DNA of 64,000 nt, from assembly GCA_965214935.1 (NCBI GenBank), contig CBDCCS010000018.1, positions 128,001-192,000 on the forward strand, in the 5' to 3' direction. The position numbers and the translations under genes were made by a program. The notes below the pieces were generated by a model. The model was given only the letters and a program-made list of their open reading frames with translations. It did not search any database and was not told where the DNA came from. Origin of the DNA: Candidatus Velthaea sp. (GTDB lineage: Bacteria; Vulcanimicrobiota; Vulcanimicrobiia; Vulcanimicrobiales; Vulcanimicrobiaceae). Below are positions 1-10,338 of this stretch, one piece after another (within the stretch, counting starts at the first letter, position 1; the number at the start of each line of letters is the position of its first letter).

Positions 1-2
1 AT

Positions 3-551
3 GTGAGCCGAGCCATCATCGAAGAAGAAGGCGTCGAGCACCTCACCATTCGGCGCATCGCTGAGACAATACATCGTACTCAGCCGGCGGTGTACCAGCA
101 CTTCTCTAGTAAAGACGCGATTCTAGTCGCTGTCGTCGTCAACGGTTTTATCTCGCTCGCCGAGCGCCTAAAGCGTTCTGCGAAAGTTGGGGAACGGCCG
201 CTCATCACGATCGCCAATGCCTATGTGCGCTTTGGATTAGAACGGCCGCGACTTTACGAAGTGATGTTCGTGGCTCCGCCGCTCATCGTTTTCGCCACAG
301 CCGAAACTCCGACGCCCGCGCAGAATGCTTTTGCAATAATTGCAACTGCGGTCGGAGAGTCGGGCGTACAACCAGTTGAGGTCGACACGGTAAGCGAAAT
401 ACTATGGGCGGCTCTCCACGGCTTAGTGATGTTGTCTCTTACGCAGCGCCTGCGTCCGGGTCGATCGCTGCAGCGCAGGCGCATTGAGAAACTAACATTG
501 GGAATTAACGCGATGATTGCGTCTTTCGCAGCTGATATTCCGGCTTGCTAG
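3..551 (+). CDS. TetR/AcrR family regulator with WHG-type C-terminal domain (probably 5'-truncated by window edge)
   Basis: HTH LTIRRIAETIHRTQPAVYQHFSSKDAIL; C-terminal LWAALHG motif. Confidence 0.9.
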   Translation: MSRAIIEEEGVEHLTIRRIAETIHRTQPAVYQHFSSKDAILVAVVVNGFISLAERLKRSAKVGERPLITIANAYVRFGLERPRLYEVMFVAPPLIVFATAETPTPAQNAFAIIATAVGESGVQPVEVDTVSEILWAALHGLVMLSLTQRLRPGRSLQRRRIEKLTLGINAMIASFAADIPAC

Positions 552-1015
552 ACCGCGCCTTCGACACGACGAGCTAACGACGAAGGCGAGATATACGAGC
601 GGCGATTATCCGCCTGACGTCACGAGTCGCATAAATTCTGCGTATCGCTCTAGGCTATATGCACAGGAGCTTTGGTCACCGCCTGATCGCCGAGCGACGC
701 GCGCTCGTAACACGATGCTTACACGAAATGCAGGGTCGGACGAACTTGCACGTCGTCAGCGAGACGAGCGATCTTACGGTCGACGAATTGCCGCAATCCG
801 ATTGAACGGATGAAGCGAGCAGAGAAGTGGCACGGACGTGGACGCTATCATCGGATAAGCGAAGCACTCGCGCCGGTTCTACAGTTGGCGAAGCGAAGCC
901 GCGCAGTCTCTTTCGTGTCGTTTTGCGTCACCAACGCAAACGCTTGAACGCCATCCGACCCGTTGGAGTGGCAGGCAGACTGTCACGAACGAGATCGCGA
1001 ATGCACGACTGCAAC

Positions 1016-1741
1016 ATGCGCACTTTTCGGCTGTTCACGGTCTTCGCGCTCTTGACGGCGAGTAGCGCGGCCGTTGCCCAAACCACGCCGTTCGTTGGAC
1101 GACCTGGAGCGTTTGCGAGCGGTATAACCGTCATCGGTCGCGGCACAGCCGCGGCGGCTCCCGATCGCGCACGTATTTCGGTTCAAATTTACGGCAACCA
1201 AGGCGTGGCCAACGCCGGCACCCTGCCGCTCGCCGAAGCGGCCGATGCGCTCGTCGATGCGTTGCGGGCCAGCGGCGTTGCCGATGTGCGCGAGGTTTTG
1301 CCGATCGGCAATCTCAGCACACGCAGCGTGGCTCCGGCGATTGTCGGCACGATCGCTAAGCCGACTCGGGAGCGGCTTGAAGCGATCGCACGCGATGTCG
1401 TGAAATCGCTGCCCGACCGGCTCGCACCGGCCTACGGCAACGTGCAGTTGCAAGTTTCGCTGCTGGTCGACAATTGCGCAATCGACGAGGAACGGGCCGA
1501 GCGCGCGGCGTTCGCTGACGCGCGCAGCCGCGCGGCGCGCCTTGCGGCCGGCGCCGGACTGCGCTTGGGCGCGGTCGAGGCGATCGCCGATACCCAGTCG
1601 TTCATACCAGTCGGCTGTTCGAGCCGGCCGGACGCCTTAGATTCGCCGTCTAACGGACCGCCGACGATCGGTTTGTACGGCCCGCTCGTATTGCCGATCA
1701 CCGTGAACGAGACGGTAACGTTCGCGATCGGTGGTCCTTAA
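1016..1741 (+). CDS. SIMPL (DUF541) domain secreted protein
   Basis: Signal peptide MRTFRLFTVFALLTASSAAVAQ; ITVIGRGTAAAAPDRA start, AFADARSRAARLA core, VNETVTFAI end; start placed at ATG 1016. Confidence 0.8.
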   Translation: MRTFRLFTVFALLTASSAAVAQTTPFVGRPGAFASGITVIGRGTAAAAPDRARISVQIYGNQGVANAGTLPLAEAADALVDALRASGVADVREVLPIGNLSTRSVAPAIVGTIAKPTRERLEAIARDVVKSLPDRLAPAYGNVQLQVSLLVDNCAIDEERAERAAFADARSRAARLAAGAGLRLGAVEAIADTQSFIPVGCSSRPDALDSPSNGPPTIGLYGPLVLPITVNETVTFAIGGP

Positions 1742-1956
1742 ATACGAGAGCCGATTCGCTCCGAGGCAGGGCATTGATCGTTATCGATGTCCAAGTCGCG
1801 TTCGACGAATCGGCAATGGCCGGACAATGGCGTAAAATCCGGAGACGTAAGTTACAACGGAGAAGCGTGCGAACTTGCCTTAATCGCGCGTTATCGAGCC
1901 AGACGGTGTCACCGTGTAGACACGGCCGCGACGTTCGCTCGATTGCGGCGAATACG

Positions 1957-2652
1957 TTACCACCGGACCGGGCCAAAGCGATCGATGAATCGGCCCGTGC
2001 CGGCTTTGGGGCTTTCAGTCGCCAACGTGACGATCGCGTCCGTACCTTCGGTTACGGTTTGGTGACCGGTGTGTCCGTTGAAATCGGTAGCGGTGTAACC
2101 GGGGTCAGCCGCGTTGACCCGTATGCCGGGCAGCGCTTTGGCATACTGCGTGGTAAGCATTGTGACTGCGGCTTTAGAAGCCGTGTAGAGCGGAGCAATC
2201 GGCTTGGATTCGACTCGGGTGCGATCGTGAGTGAGGGCGAGAGAACCCATTCCGCTGCTGACATTGATCACCGCTGGGTGCTTAGCGAGTTTAAGCAACG
2301 GCAAGAACGCGTGCATGACACGCACAATGCCGGCGACGTTGGTGTTGAAGATTTCGGCGGCCTGGGGTCCGGCAAGCTCTTCGGCCGGGAGATCCGAGCC
2401 GATGATGCCGGCGTTATTGACGAGTATGTCGATACGACCTTCGTGAGCCTTAATGTCTGCTGCGGCTTGAGCGACGGATTCGTCGTTTGCGACGTCGATG
2501 GGCACGAATCGAACGCCGAGCTGATCGGCTGCGGTTTGACCTCGCTTGGGATCGCGGGAACCCACGACGACGGTCTGGCCAATCTCAATGAGGCGTCTTG
2601 CTGTTTCGTACCCAAGGCCTTTGTTGGCCCCGGTGATGAAGGTGATAATCAT
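1957..2652 (-). CDS. Short-chain dehydrogenase/reductase (carbonyl reductase-like)
   Basis: TGANKGLG NAD(P) motif, NNAG, YTASK catalytic YxxxK, PGYTATDFN. Confidence 0.95.
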   Translation of the reverse strand: MIITFITGANKGLGYETARRLIEIGQTVVVGSRDPKRGQTAADQLGVRFVPIDVANDESVAQAAADIKAHEGRIDILVNNAGIIGSDLPAEELAGPQAAEIFNTNVAGIVRVMHAFLPLLKLAKHPAVINVSSGMGSLALTHDRTRVESKPIAPLYTASKAAVTMLTTQYAKALPGIRVNAADPGYTATDFNGHTGHQTVTEGTDAIVTLATESPKAGTGRFIDRFGPVRW

Positions 2653-2740
2653 GCGGCCAGTCTCTCTCATCACTCATGGTGTCAACCAGAGACGGCGCGG
2701 CGGTGGGACCAGCGATACCACCTTGCGCGACTGCAACGTC

Positions 2741-3619
2741 ATGGTCGAGCCGCAATTTACAAAGCTTACTTCCACCGAGGCCGGTCTTGGAGCCACGCTT
2801 CGGGTATGGCGTGACCGTCTCACCCCAGCGAAGGCCGGCATACCCGCCGGTTGGCCACGCCGCGCGGTTGGACTGCGCCGCGAGGAGCTTGCCGAACTTG
2901 CCGGTCTTTCCGTCGATTACGTCGTTCGACTCGAGCAGGGAAGGGCGACCGCACCGTCCACCGATGTCGTGGCCGCGTTGGCATCGGCCTTACAGCTGAC
3001 CCGGGCCGAACGCGACCATTTTTACCAATTGGCGGGTCTGCAACCACCGGCTGACCGGGTCATCAGCGATTGCATTCCGCCCGGCGTGCATCGTTTGCTC
3101 ACTCGTCTAGCGGACGCTTCAGTCGCTGTATTCGCTGCGGACTGGCGGCTCGTCTGGTGGAATGCCGGTTGGGCTGCACTCCTCGGCGATCCGTCGGTCA
3201 TCGCACCGGAAGAGCGTAGCTTGGTGTGCGCGCGCTTTCCCATCCCGGGCAGTCGCGGCCGCCTTGAGGAATGGCCGGTTCGCTCGAAAAGCCCCGAAGC
3301 TACCGATCTTGCAATCGTGGCCGACCTTCGACGCGCGAGTGCACGGTATCCTCACGACCATCGCCTAGCCGAGCTCCTGCGTCGTACGATCGACGGCAAT
3401 TCCTATTTCGCGCAACTGTGGCGCGCCGGCGCAGTCGGCGAGCATTCCGAGGACCGCAAAACCATCGAGCATCCTATCGCGGGCGAAATCACCGTCGATT
3501 GTGACGTCCTTTCCGCCGGCGACAGCGACCTCAAGATTGTCGCCTTGACGGCTCCAACCGGAAGCGAGGATGCGCGCAAGATCGAGCTTACACGCATCAT
3601 CGCTCTCACCCACTCGTAG
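2741..3619 (+). CDS. XRE-family HTH regulator with MmyB-like ligand-binding domain
   Basis: GLRREELAELAGLSVDYVVRLEQGR; C-terminal HPIAGEITVDCDVL; divergent from SDR, a common pairing. Confidence 0.92.
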   Translation: MVEPQFTKLTSTEAGLGATLRVWRDRLTPAKAGIPAGWPRRAVGLRREELAELAGLSVDYVVRLEQGRATAPSTDVVAALASALQLTRAERDHFYQLAGLQPPADRVISDCIPPGVHRLLTRLADASVAVFAADWRLVWWNAGWAALLGDPSVIAPEERSLVCARFPIPGSRGRLEEWPVRSKSPEATDLAIVADLRRASARYPHDHRLAELLRRTIDGNSYFAQLWRAGAVGEHSEDRKTIEHPIAGEITVDCDVLSAGDSDLKIVALTAPTGSEDARKIELTRIIALTHS

Positions 3620-3891
3620 ACTAACACGCGATGGCGCCCGTAGCCTTTTGTCGGCCGCCGGTCCCAAACCGCTTAACCTTATTGCAGCGGTAATAAGCCG
3701 TTCCGAGTGTGTGACTGTCGCAACTTAGAAGTTGCCTATAAGCGGCGATGTTGCGCGCCGTCGACATGTTGCAACATGTGCGGCCAAAGCGAATCCACGA
3801 GCGCTCATAGCGCGCGATGCTACTTGCGGCAGTCGAAAGCGAACCATTGATTCGGTCATTCGTTACTCATCTTTCCCAAAACGCGCGCAGC

Positions 3892-5438
3892 TCAGAGTCC
3901 CAAGACGACAACCGTGGGCGTGCTTTTTGGCGTAACGAAATCGTAGTTGTACATGCCGGCCGCGGCTGCAACGTATTGCGTGCCTGCAACTTGATAGGAG
4001 ATCACGCCGCCGCCGACTGGGAGATTGGTCGCCACCGTTCGCAGTAGGGTACCGGTCGTGGCGTTGAAGGCCAGCACGTTGCCCGACAAGTCGGCCGTAA
4101 ACACGAGTCCGCCCGCCGTCGGCGTCACACCGGCAACGAGCGGTTTTGACGAATGATACGTCGAGCGCGCGGCACCGGTCGTTGCGTCGATGGCTGATAG
4201 CCAGCCCGAACGCGCGGCATCGACGACGACGTTGCTCGAACCAAGCCAAGATTTTCCTTTCACGTACGACACCGGCTTGGCTTCGAGGTAGACGGTGCTG
4301 CATGAGTCGACCGCATTGACATACGCCAGGGCGGTTGTCGGCGCGTATGCAGCGCCGTTCCAAACGACGCCGCCCTGCGGGCAGAAGTGCGTTCCGGAGG
4401 TCGTGATGGGCGCAGTGGCATTCGAGATCGTGGTAACGGCGGTACTCCAATGTTGCGCAAACGTGTTCACGTCGATCGAGCGCAGGTAGCCGTCTTTGCC
4501 GCCCACGAGCGCGATACGCGTGCCGCTGGGCAGCGTTATAACTGCCGGCGTCGCAGCTTGGTCCCAGTCGTGATTGTCTTGCAGGACGAACTGCATCGCG
4601 CGCACGAACGCTCCGGTCGACGGATTGATTTCCAGCACCGCGTTGGTATAGAGATTCGATCCGGTGCGATTGCGAGAATCGTAATCCGGACCGGGATTGC
4701 CGACCGGCACGTAAAGCATCCCGGTCTGCGGATCGACGGTGAGCGAGGTCCAACTGGCGCCGCCGGCGATGTGTGTTGCGCCTTTCCATGTTGCGGCGGC
4801 CGTACTGCCCGGATTCGGGACGGTCTGCGCCGACCACAGCACGTTTCCGGTTCTTTGATCGAGCGCTACGACATGGCACATCTGTCCATTTTCGCCGCCG
4901 GCGGTCCCGATAATGACCATCGACTTCCAAACGATCGGTGCACCCGTGATGAACTCGAGGCTACCGGCGGCAATGGCGCTGCGATCCCATACCGACGTGC
5001 CCGTTGTGGCGTTTAGCGCGCCGACATGTCCGTTGGGGAAGCCGCGAAATATCAAGCCGCCGGCGTACGCTGCGCCGCGGTTGGGGTAGCCGCTTGACGC
5101 GGCATTGGTGTTGACCCAGAGTTGCTTGCACGTTGCGGCGTTAAGTGCGAACGTTTGATTCGAGGTCGTCACGTACAACACGCCGCCGACGACGATCGGT
5201 CCGCTCTCGAACGGTTGCGGCGTTCCGACCGTCGCCGAGCAAACGACATGCAACTTGTTCACATTTGCCGTCGTGATTCCGGCGATAGCGACATAGCGAT
5301 CGGAAGCAACGTCGTCGTTGTATGAGGAAAATCGATCGACGCGCCGGCCGCCGACACCGGCCGTATCGGAGCACTTTGCGTTGCGATCGCTACGGCACAA
5401 CTGACAAGAAGCGCACCAAAGATACGGCGCAACAACAT
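3892..5438 (-). CDS. Secreted PQQ-dependent dehydrogenase (beta-propeller); signal peptide lies in another frame, joined by an apparent 1-nt indel at ~5326-5330
   Basis: FESGPIVVGGVLYVT, NRG, GGE, GNPGP, DNHDWD and TPTAGGLVF motifs; GAGG RBS before ATG 5438 giving MLLRRIFGALLVSCAVAIA. Confidence 0.88.
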
Positions 5439-6007
5439 ATTCACTACCTCGCAACAGACGGTGCAGGGTGTTTCGGTTGGGTCGTGTCGCTCTCCCGAGT
5501 TAAGCGGCTCGGCCTACAGAGTCAAACGTCCTACGTTCGATAATGTTTAGCCGCGTTTTGCAACGTCGCGTTGGTTTCGTCGACATTGACGTGCGTTCTA
5601 TGTCAGATTAAGGCGAGCGTCACGCGGCGTACGGGATTGAGAACAAGCGGTTATACTGCGTTCGATCGACGAGTTGGCGCGTAGGCCGCAAGTGATCGCG
5701 CGTGCCGATGGTGTTTCCAGCGACGCATTCCGTGTGTCAAGCCCGCGACTGCGCCTAAGATAAGACCAACGACCGGCTTCGGGAAGAGCAAAAATCGATT
5801 GACGGCTGTCGATAATCGCTGCCGTTCTTTGCGAGTGGTCGCCGCACGTGATGCACCTGTGCGGATCGCGGTCGGGGCGAAGCGCCGAGCTCAAGCCCTG
5901 GGCCGCTGGCAACGGATGACGAACTTGGAGAAATGCTTAGCGGCGCGTTGCAAGTGCCGGTGTTGCCTACTACGATGTCCTTGTGTTAAGCGGTGTCGGG
6001 GAGCCCA

Positions 6008-6826
6008 CTATTTGCGAAGTGCGAATGGTGTGAGTAAGTTCTTAAGATAGCCTTGGCCGATGATCTCGCCGTTATCGTTGATGCCGATCGCGAACGTGGC
6101 CACCCAACCGGAGTTTGGCGGAAAAAGCGACTGAAGTTCGGTAGACTTTCCATTCGCGTAAACGAAGGTTCCGCTGAGCGCCCCGCCCTTGTTGTAAATG
6201 TTACCGACAACGACATCTGACGCATTCAAGCCGATCGGATCAACGTTGTATTTTGAGGCGTCGTAACCGCTCGGTAACGGAATCGTAAACAAGCGGCCTT
6301 TCGACCACAGGTAATATGCACGGTAAGCGTTGACAATCATGTCGCCGTTTGCAGCGACGGCATCCGCGGCCGAGTTATCGCTGCCGACATCGGAACGTAC
6401 GTCGGGCATCCGCCAAGCGTTAGTACTTCGCCGCGAAATTGAGTCTGGCTAGAACCAACAATGACGCCGGAGTCATTAACCGCGTTCGCTAGGAAATCGC
6501 TTGACCGACAACTCGAGATGGGAAAATATACTTGGGCCAACGTCGTATTATCGACGTAAACGTTACCACCAACGGTGAGGTGCGGTCGAATCACTACCAC
6601 GTGCATTTCGGGCCATGCGCGCTGCCGATAAATGCTTCGGTGTCAGAAAGGCAAGACTCGCGCGGCGTATCGCGTTCGGCGTATAGCGGTTAAATGTGAA
6701 TCGATCGACAAATGACGGGCGCGTTTGCCGCGGGCGATCGGCGCGTGCGGATTGCGGTTGGGGCGAGGCACCGAGCGCGATAAGCCCAGCGAACGCTGCT
6801 AGGAAGAGACGGACGACCGGCTTCAT
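6008..6826 (-). pseudogene. Secreted HAF-type extracellular repeat protein split into three frames (pseudogene or assembly error)
   Basis: AAGGAG RBS plus signal peptide MKPVVRLFLAAFAGLIALG; fragments ANAVNDSGVIVG and AIGINDNGEIIGQG are typical HAF repeats; frameshifts near 6.6 kb and ~6385. Confidence 0.7.
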
Positions 6827-6985
6827 GCAAAGCTCCTTACATGCATTGCGAGCGTCATGGACGCAGGACGTAACCCTGTAAGACGCCGTTAAAATAACCG
6901 GTACCGACGATCCGACACATAAGCGGACGTTCACCCGCGCACCTGCGGACGCGATTCACCGAACGCATACCATACTCACCCTATA

Positions 6986-7018
6986 GCGTCGCTTCGCGTC
7001 AACGTAGCGAAGCGACGC
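6986..7018. terminator. 12-bp perfect GC stem-loop downstream of the aldo/keto reductase (no U-tract)
   Basis: GCGTCGCTTCGC-N9-GCGAAGCGACGC. Confidence 0.5.
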
Positions 7019-7056
7019 ACTCGCTTTGACAGTTGCAGTTCAAGCCTGTCGTCGTC

Positions 7057-7935
7057 CTAACCGGCTGCTACGACCGCGACACCGTCTAACTTAGCCAGGA
7101 CTTCGGGCGTGAGCGTTAGCTCGGAAGCGGCCAAGTTTTCGCGCAGGTGAGCGACCGACGACGTACCGGGGATCAACAGAATATTGGACGAGCGATGCAG
7201 CAGCCACGCGAGCGCCACTTGCAGCGGTGTCGCGCTGAGCCGCTCGGCAACCGCCGAAAGCGTCGACGATTGCAACGGCGAGAAGCCGCCGAGCGGGAAG
7301 AACGGCACGTATGCAATGCCTTGACGGGCTAGGTCGTCGATTAGCGCGTCATCGCCGCGATGGGCCACGTTGTAGTTATTTTGTACGCACACGATTTTGG
7401 TGATGGTCTGCGCCTCGGCCACTTGCGCCGCGCTCACATTGCTGACGCCGATGTGACGAATGAGGCCTTGGCGCTGAAGATCGGCCAGAACGGAGACTTG
7501 CTCGGCAATCGAAGCCGCTGCTTGATCTTCACCCATGAAGCGGTAATTGGCGATATCGAGTGCCTCGACGCCGAGATTGCGAAGGTTGTCGTGCACGGCC
7601 GAGGTCAGTTCGGCCGGTGTTATTGCAGGCTGCCAAGAACCGTCGGCCGGACGCCGGCCGCCAAGCTTCGTTACGACGATCAAGCCTGACGGGTACGGCG
7701 CGAGCGCTTCGCGGATGATCTCGTTTGTCACGTGCGGGCCGTAGAAATCCGACGTGTCGATATGGTTGACGCCGGCCGCGATTGCTTCGCGCAAGACGGC
7801 AACGGCGCCGGCGCGGTCTTTCGGCGGCCCCCAGACGCCGGGTCCGGCGAGTTGCATGGCACCGTAGCCCATGCGGTGCACGGTCAACGCCGTGCCGGGA
7901 AACGTAAATTCGCCGCCGAGATCGGCTTTACGCAT
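7057..7935 (-). CDS. Aldo/keto reductase (YdbC-like)
   Basis: RMGYGAMQL, IDTSDFYG, VTKLG, IGVSN, LLIPGTSSVAHLREN. Confidence 0.95.
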   Translation of the reverse strand: MRKADLGGEFTFPGTALTVHRMGYGAMQLAGPGVWGPPKDRAGAVAVLREAIAAGVNHIDTSDFYGPHVTNEIIREALAPYPSGLIVVTKLGGRRPADGSWQPAITPAELTSAVHDNLRNLGVEALDIANYRFMGEDQAAASIAEQVSVLADLQRQGLIRHIGVSNVSAAQVAEAQTITKIVCVQNNYNVAHRGDDALIDDLARQGIAYVPFFPLGGFSPLQSSTLSAVAERLSATPLQVALAWLLHRSSNILLIPGTSSVAHLRENLAASELTLTPEVLAKLDGVAVVAAG

Positions 7936-7952
7936 AGTTGACTTCGGATTGC

Positions 7953-7974
7953 TTACAAATGATCATAGCTGTAA
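7953..7974. promoter_or_regulatory. Candidate TetR operator between divergent AKR and TetR genes
   Basis: TTACA-N12-TGTAA inverted repeat enclosing the palindrome ATGATCAT. Confidence 0.35.
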
Positions 7975-8025
7975 CCTATCACCAGGCTTTTGAAGCGGCA
8001 AGCAATTGCCGAAAGAAATGACGGT

Positions 8026-8652
8026 ATGACAACCGCTATCAGTCTGTCAGCTCCCGAATCGGATTACGCTCGCAAGACCCGGGCGCGCATCATGGCGGCA
8101 GCGGAAAAGCGTTTTCGCTATTACGGTTACGGCAAGACGACCATCGTCGACATCGCGAGCGATTGCGCAATGTCACATGCGAACGTCTATCGCTTTTTCC
8201 GCAACAAAACCGAACTTGTCGATGCGATTGCCGCGACGTGGTTGGCGAAAAGCGAGCGCGTCTGCCGTAACGTGGCTGACCGGCCACAATTCGCAACGCT
8301 CCGTCTCGTTGATTTTGTCGTGGAACTTCATCGCTGGAAACGCCGCGAATATTTGCGCGATACACGTACGCACGAGCTGCTTTCGCTTGCCAGTTTCGAC
8401 GGCCGTCCGTTCGTCGCGGCGCACCTCGGCGTGCTCGCCGGGATTCTCGTCGAAATCATCGATGACGGCAATCGGCACGCTGAGTTTGCGGTCGACGATC
8501 CGCCTGCATTGGCACGCGTCATTCAAACCGCAACGATGAAGTTTTGCGATCCGCGGCTGGTCGCGCAATACCACGACGAGCCACTCGAAGACCAAGCCCG
8601 CGAAGTCATGCACGCGTTGATCGGTGGCCTGCCGCGGGTTTGCGCCACGTAA
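8026..8652 (+). CDS. TetR/AcrR family regulator
   Basis: HTH GYGKTTIVDIASDCAMSHANVYRFFRNKTEL. Confidence 0.92.
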   Translation: MTTAISLSAPESDYARKTRARIMAAAEKRFRYYGYGKTTIVDIASDCAMSHANVYRFFRNKTELVDAIAATWLAKSERVCRNVADRPQFATLRLVDFVVELHRWKRREYLRDTRTHELLSLASFDGRPFVAAHLGVLAGILVEIIDDGNRHAEFAVDDPPALARVIQTATMKFCDPRLVAQYHDEPLEDQAREVMHALIGGLPRVCAT

Positions 8653-8716
8653 GCTGCCGCGTCGTGCAACATGCGTCGGTCGAGCGCGACCGGTGCAATC
8701 GGCAAGCGCCAAACCG

Positions 8717-8751
8717 AAAAAAAGAGCCGGCGCATTGGCCGGCTCTTCTTT
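8717..8751. terminator. Bidirectional intrinsic terminator between convergent TetR and cytochrome b genes
   Basis: A7-GAGCCGGC-GCATTG-GCCGGCTC-TTCTTT. Confidence 0.85.
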
Positions 8752-8781
8752 CAATTACTTCGACGTCGCGTGGGCGAAGAA

Positions 8782-10326
8782 TTACTTCGCGCCCCCCGTT
8801 ACGTCTGCGGTCTTAACGGGGGAAGCCTTGTTACCCCAACTCGAGCGAATGTAGGTAATCACGTCGGCAATCTGCTGATCGGTGAGATTGCCTTTCCATG
8901 CCGGCATCTGACCGTTATACGAGGCGGAGCCAACTTTGATCGGACCGTTCATGCCGTAATTGAGTGTATGTATGACGGCCTTATCGTCGCCCGTCACGTA
9001 CGCGTTTCCAGCTAATGGCGGGAAAACACCGGCTTGACCGGCACCCGCGGCGCCGTGGCAACCGGCACAATTGGCGCCGAACACGGTGCCGCCGGCAGCC
9101 GCATTGCCGGAGCCACCGCCCGCAGCGGCAACTTGCGTTCCACCGGTACCGCCGCCGCCTGCAGCCGCAGCCTTTTCGACCGGCGGTGCGCCGTTCATGC
9201 CGACCGGCGCGGTAGCAGCTTGCGCAACACCGGGTCCGGCGACGCCATGCAGCACCTGCTGGTTTTGCACGTTCACTTGGCCGATGACGCTAAGCGCCAC
9301 CGCGCCGAACATCGTTGCTGCGGTTAGACCCAACACCCACGGGCGGCGTGACAGCCGCCGGGACGGATTGCGATCGATGAAGGGCAGCAAGATGAGCACG
9401 AGCACCAGGCCGCCGGGAACGACGACGGTTGCAAACAGATCGAGCAGTTCAAGCAGCGTCGGATTTTGCACGCCACCCACAATATTGAGCAGCGCAAAGA
9501 GCGCCATGAAATACCACGCCGGGTACGGGACGAACGCTGTATTATTCGGGTCGGCCTTCGCATCGATCGTGGCGGGAGAGATGAACGCGAGCGCGACGAT
9601 CACAACGAACATCGCAAACGAGACGACCGTATCCATAAACATCTGGTCGGGCCAGAAACGGCCCGGTTTGAGTTTCGGCGCTTCGTCGATCGGCGGTCCG
9701 GCAGGGCCATTCCAGCGAAAGATGGCAAGATGCGCGCCGACAAGCGCAACGAGAATCGCCGGCGTCAACCAAACATGAATGCCGAAAAAGCGATTGATCG
9801 TCAGCGTGCCGATGCTGGCGCCGTCCTGCAAGAAGTTCAACGTCGGGCCGCCGACAAGCGGCACCGAGCCGGCAATCGAGATCGCGACCTTCGATGCTAA
9901 CAGCGCATTGAGATCCCAAGGCAGCAAGTAGCCGGTCAGCCCGAGAACGAGCGTTAGGATGAACAAAATGACGCCGACGATCCACTGTAATTCGCGCGGC
10001 TTCTTGTAGGCGCCCCACAGCAAAACTTGCAGTAAGTGCATCGCCATGAACGCGATCATTGCCGACGCACCCCAATAGTGCAGCGACAGCACTAATCCAC
10101 CAAGCGGAACTTTGTCGATGATATACTTCGTCGACTCCCACGCAGTCGATGCCGACGGCGAGTAGTAGAACGTGAGAAAGATACCGGTGACGATCTGCAA
10201 CAGCATCGCGAACACCGTCGCCGAGCCGAAGGCGTACCAGTAACTAGCGCCGCCCGGGACATCTTCAGTTAAAAAGCCCTTTGTGAGCGTAACGAAGCCG
10301 GTGCGTTGGTCGAGCCAGGTAAGCAT
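8782..10326 (-). CDS. qcrB: Quinol:cytochrome c oxidoreductase cytochrome b fused to subunit IV and a C-terminal class I cytochrome c
   Basis: Heme-b His pairs (SLHYW...AMHLL; GIHVW...GAHL), GYLLPWD, FWPDQ, PAWY at the PEWY position, PFIDR; C-terminal CAGCH and MPAW. Confidence 0.95.
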   Translation of the reverse strand: MLTWLDQRTGFVTLTKGFLTEDVPGGASYWYAFGSATVFAMLLQIVTGIFLTFYYSPSASTAWESTKYIIDKVPLGGLVLSLHYWGASAMIAFMAMHLLQVLLWGAYKKPRELQWIVGVILFILTLVLGLTGYLLPWDLNALLASKVAISIAGSVPLVGGPTLNFLQDGASIGTLTINRFFGIHVWLTPAILVALVGAHLAIFRWNGPAGPPIDEAPKLKPGRFWPDQMFMDTVVSFAMFVVIVALAFISPATIDAKADPNNTAFVPYPAWYFMALFALLNIVGGVQNPTLLELLDLFATVVVPGGLVLVLILLPFIDRNPSRRLSRRPWVLGLTAATMFGAVALSVIGQVNVQNQQVLHGVAGPGVAQAATAPVGMNGAPPVEKAAAAGGGGTGGTQVAAAGGGSGNAAAGGTVFGANCAGCHGAAGAGQAGVFPPLAGNAYVTGDDKAVIHTLNYGMNGPIKVGSASYNGQMPAWKGNLTDQQIADVITYIRSSWGNKASPVKTADVTGGAK

Positions 10327-10338
10327 CGAAATGAGCCT

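Noticed and set aside
1774..2814. 346-aa plus-strand ORF
   Set aside because: Antisense shadow of the SDR gene; no motifs; expected in GC-rich DNA
5455..6007. Short ORFs (5598-5912, 5799-6050) in the gap
   Set aside because: No RBS, motifs or protein-like composition
1..8716. Accessory block as a mobile element or genomic island
   Set aside because: No integrase, transposase, tRNA or direct-repeat boundaries visible
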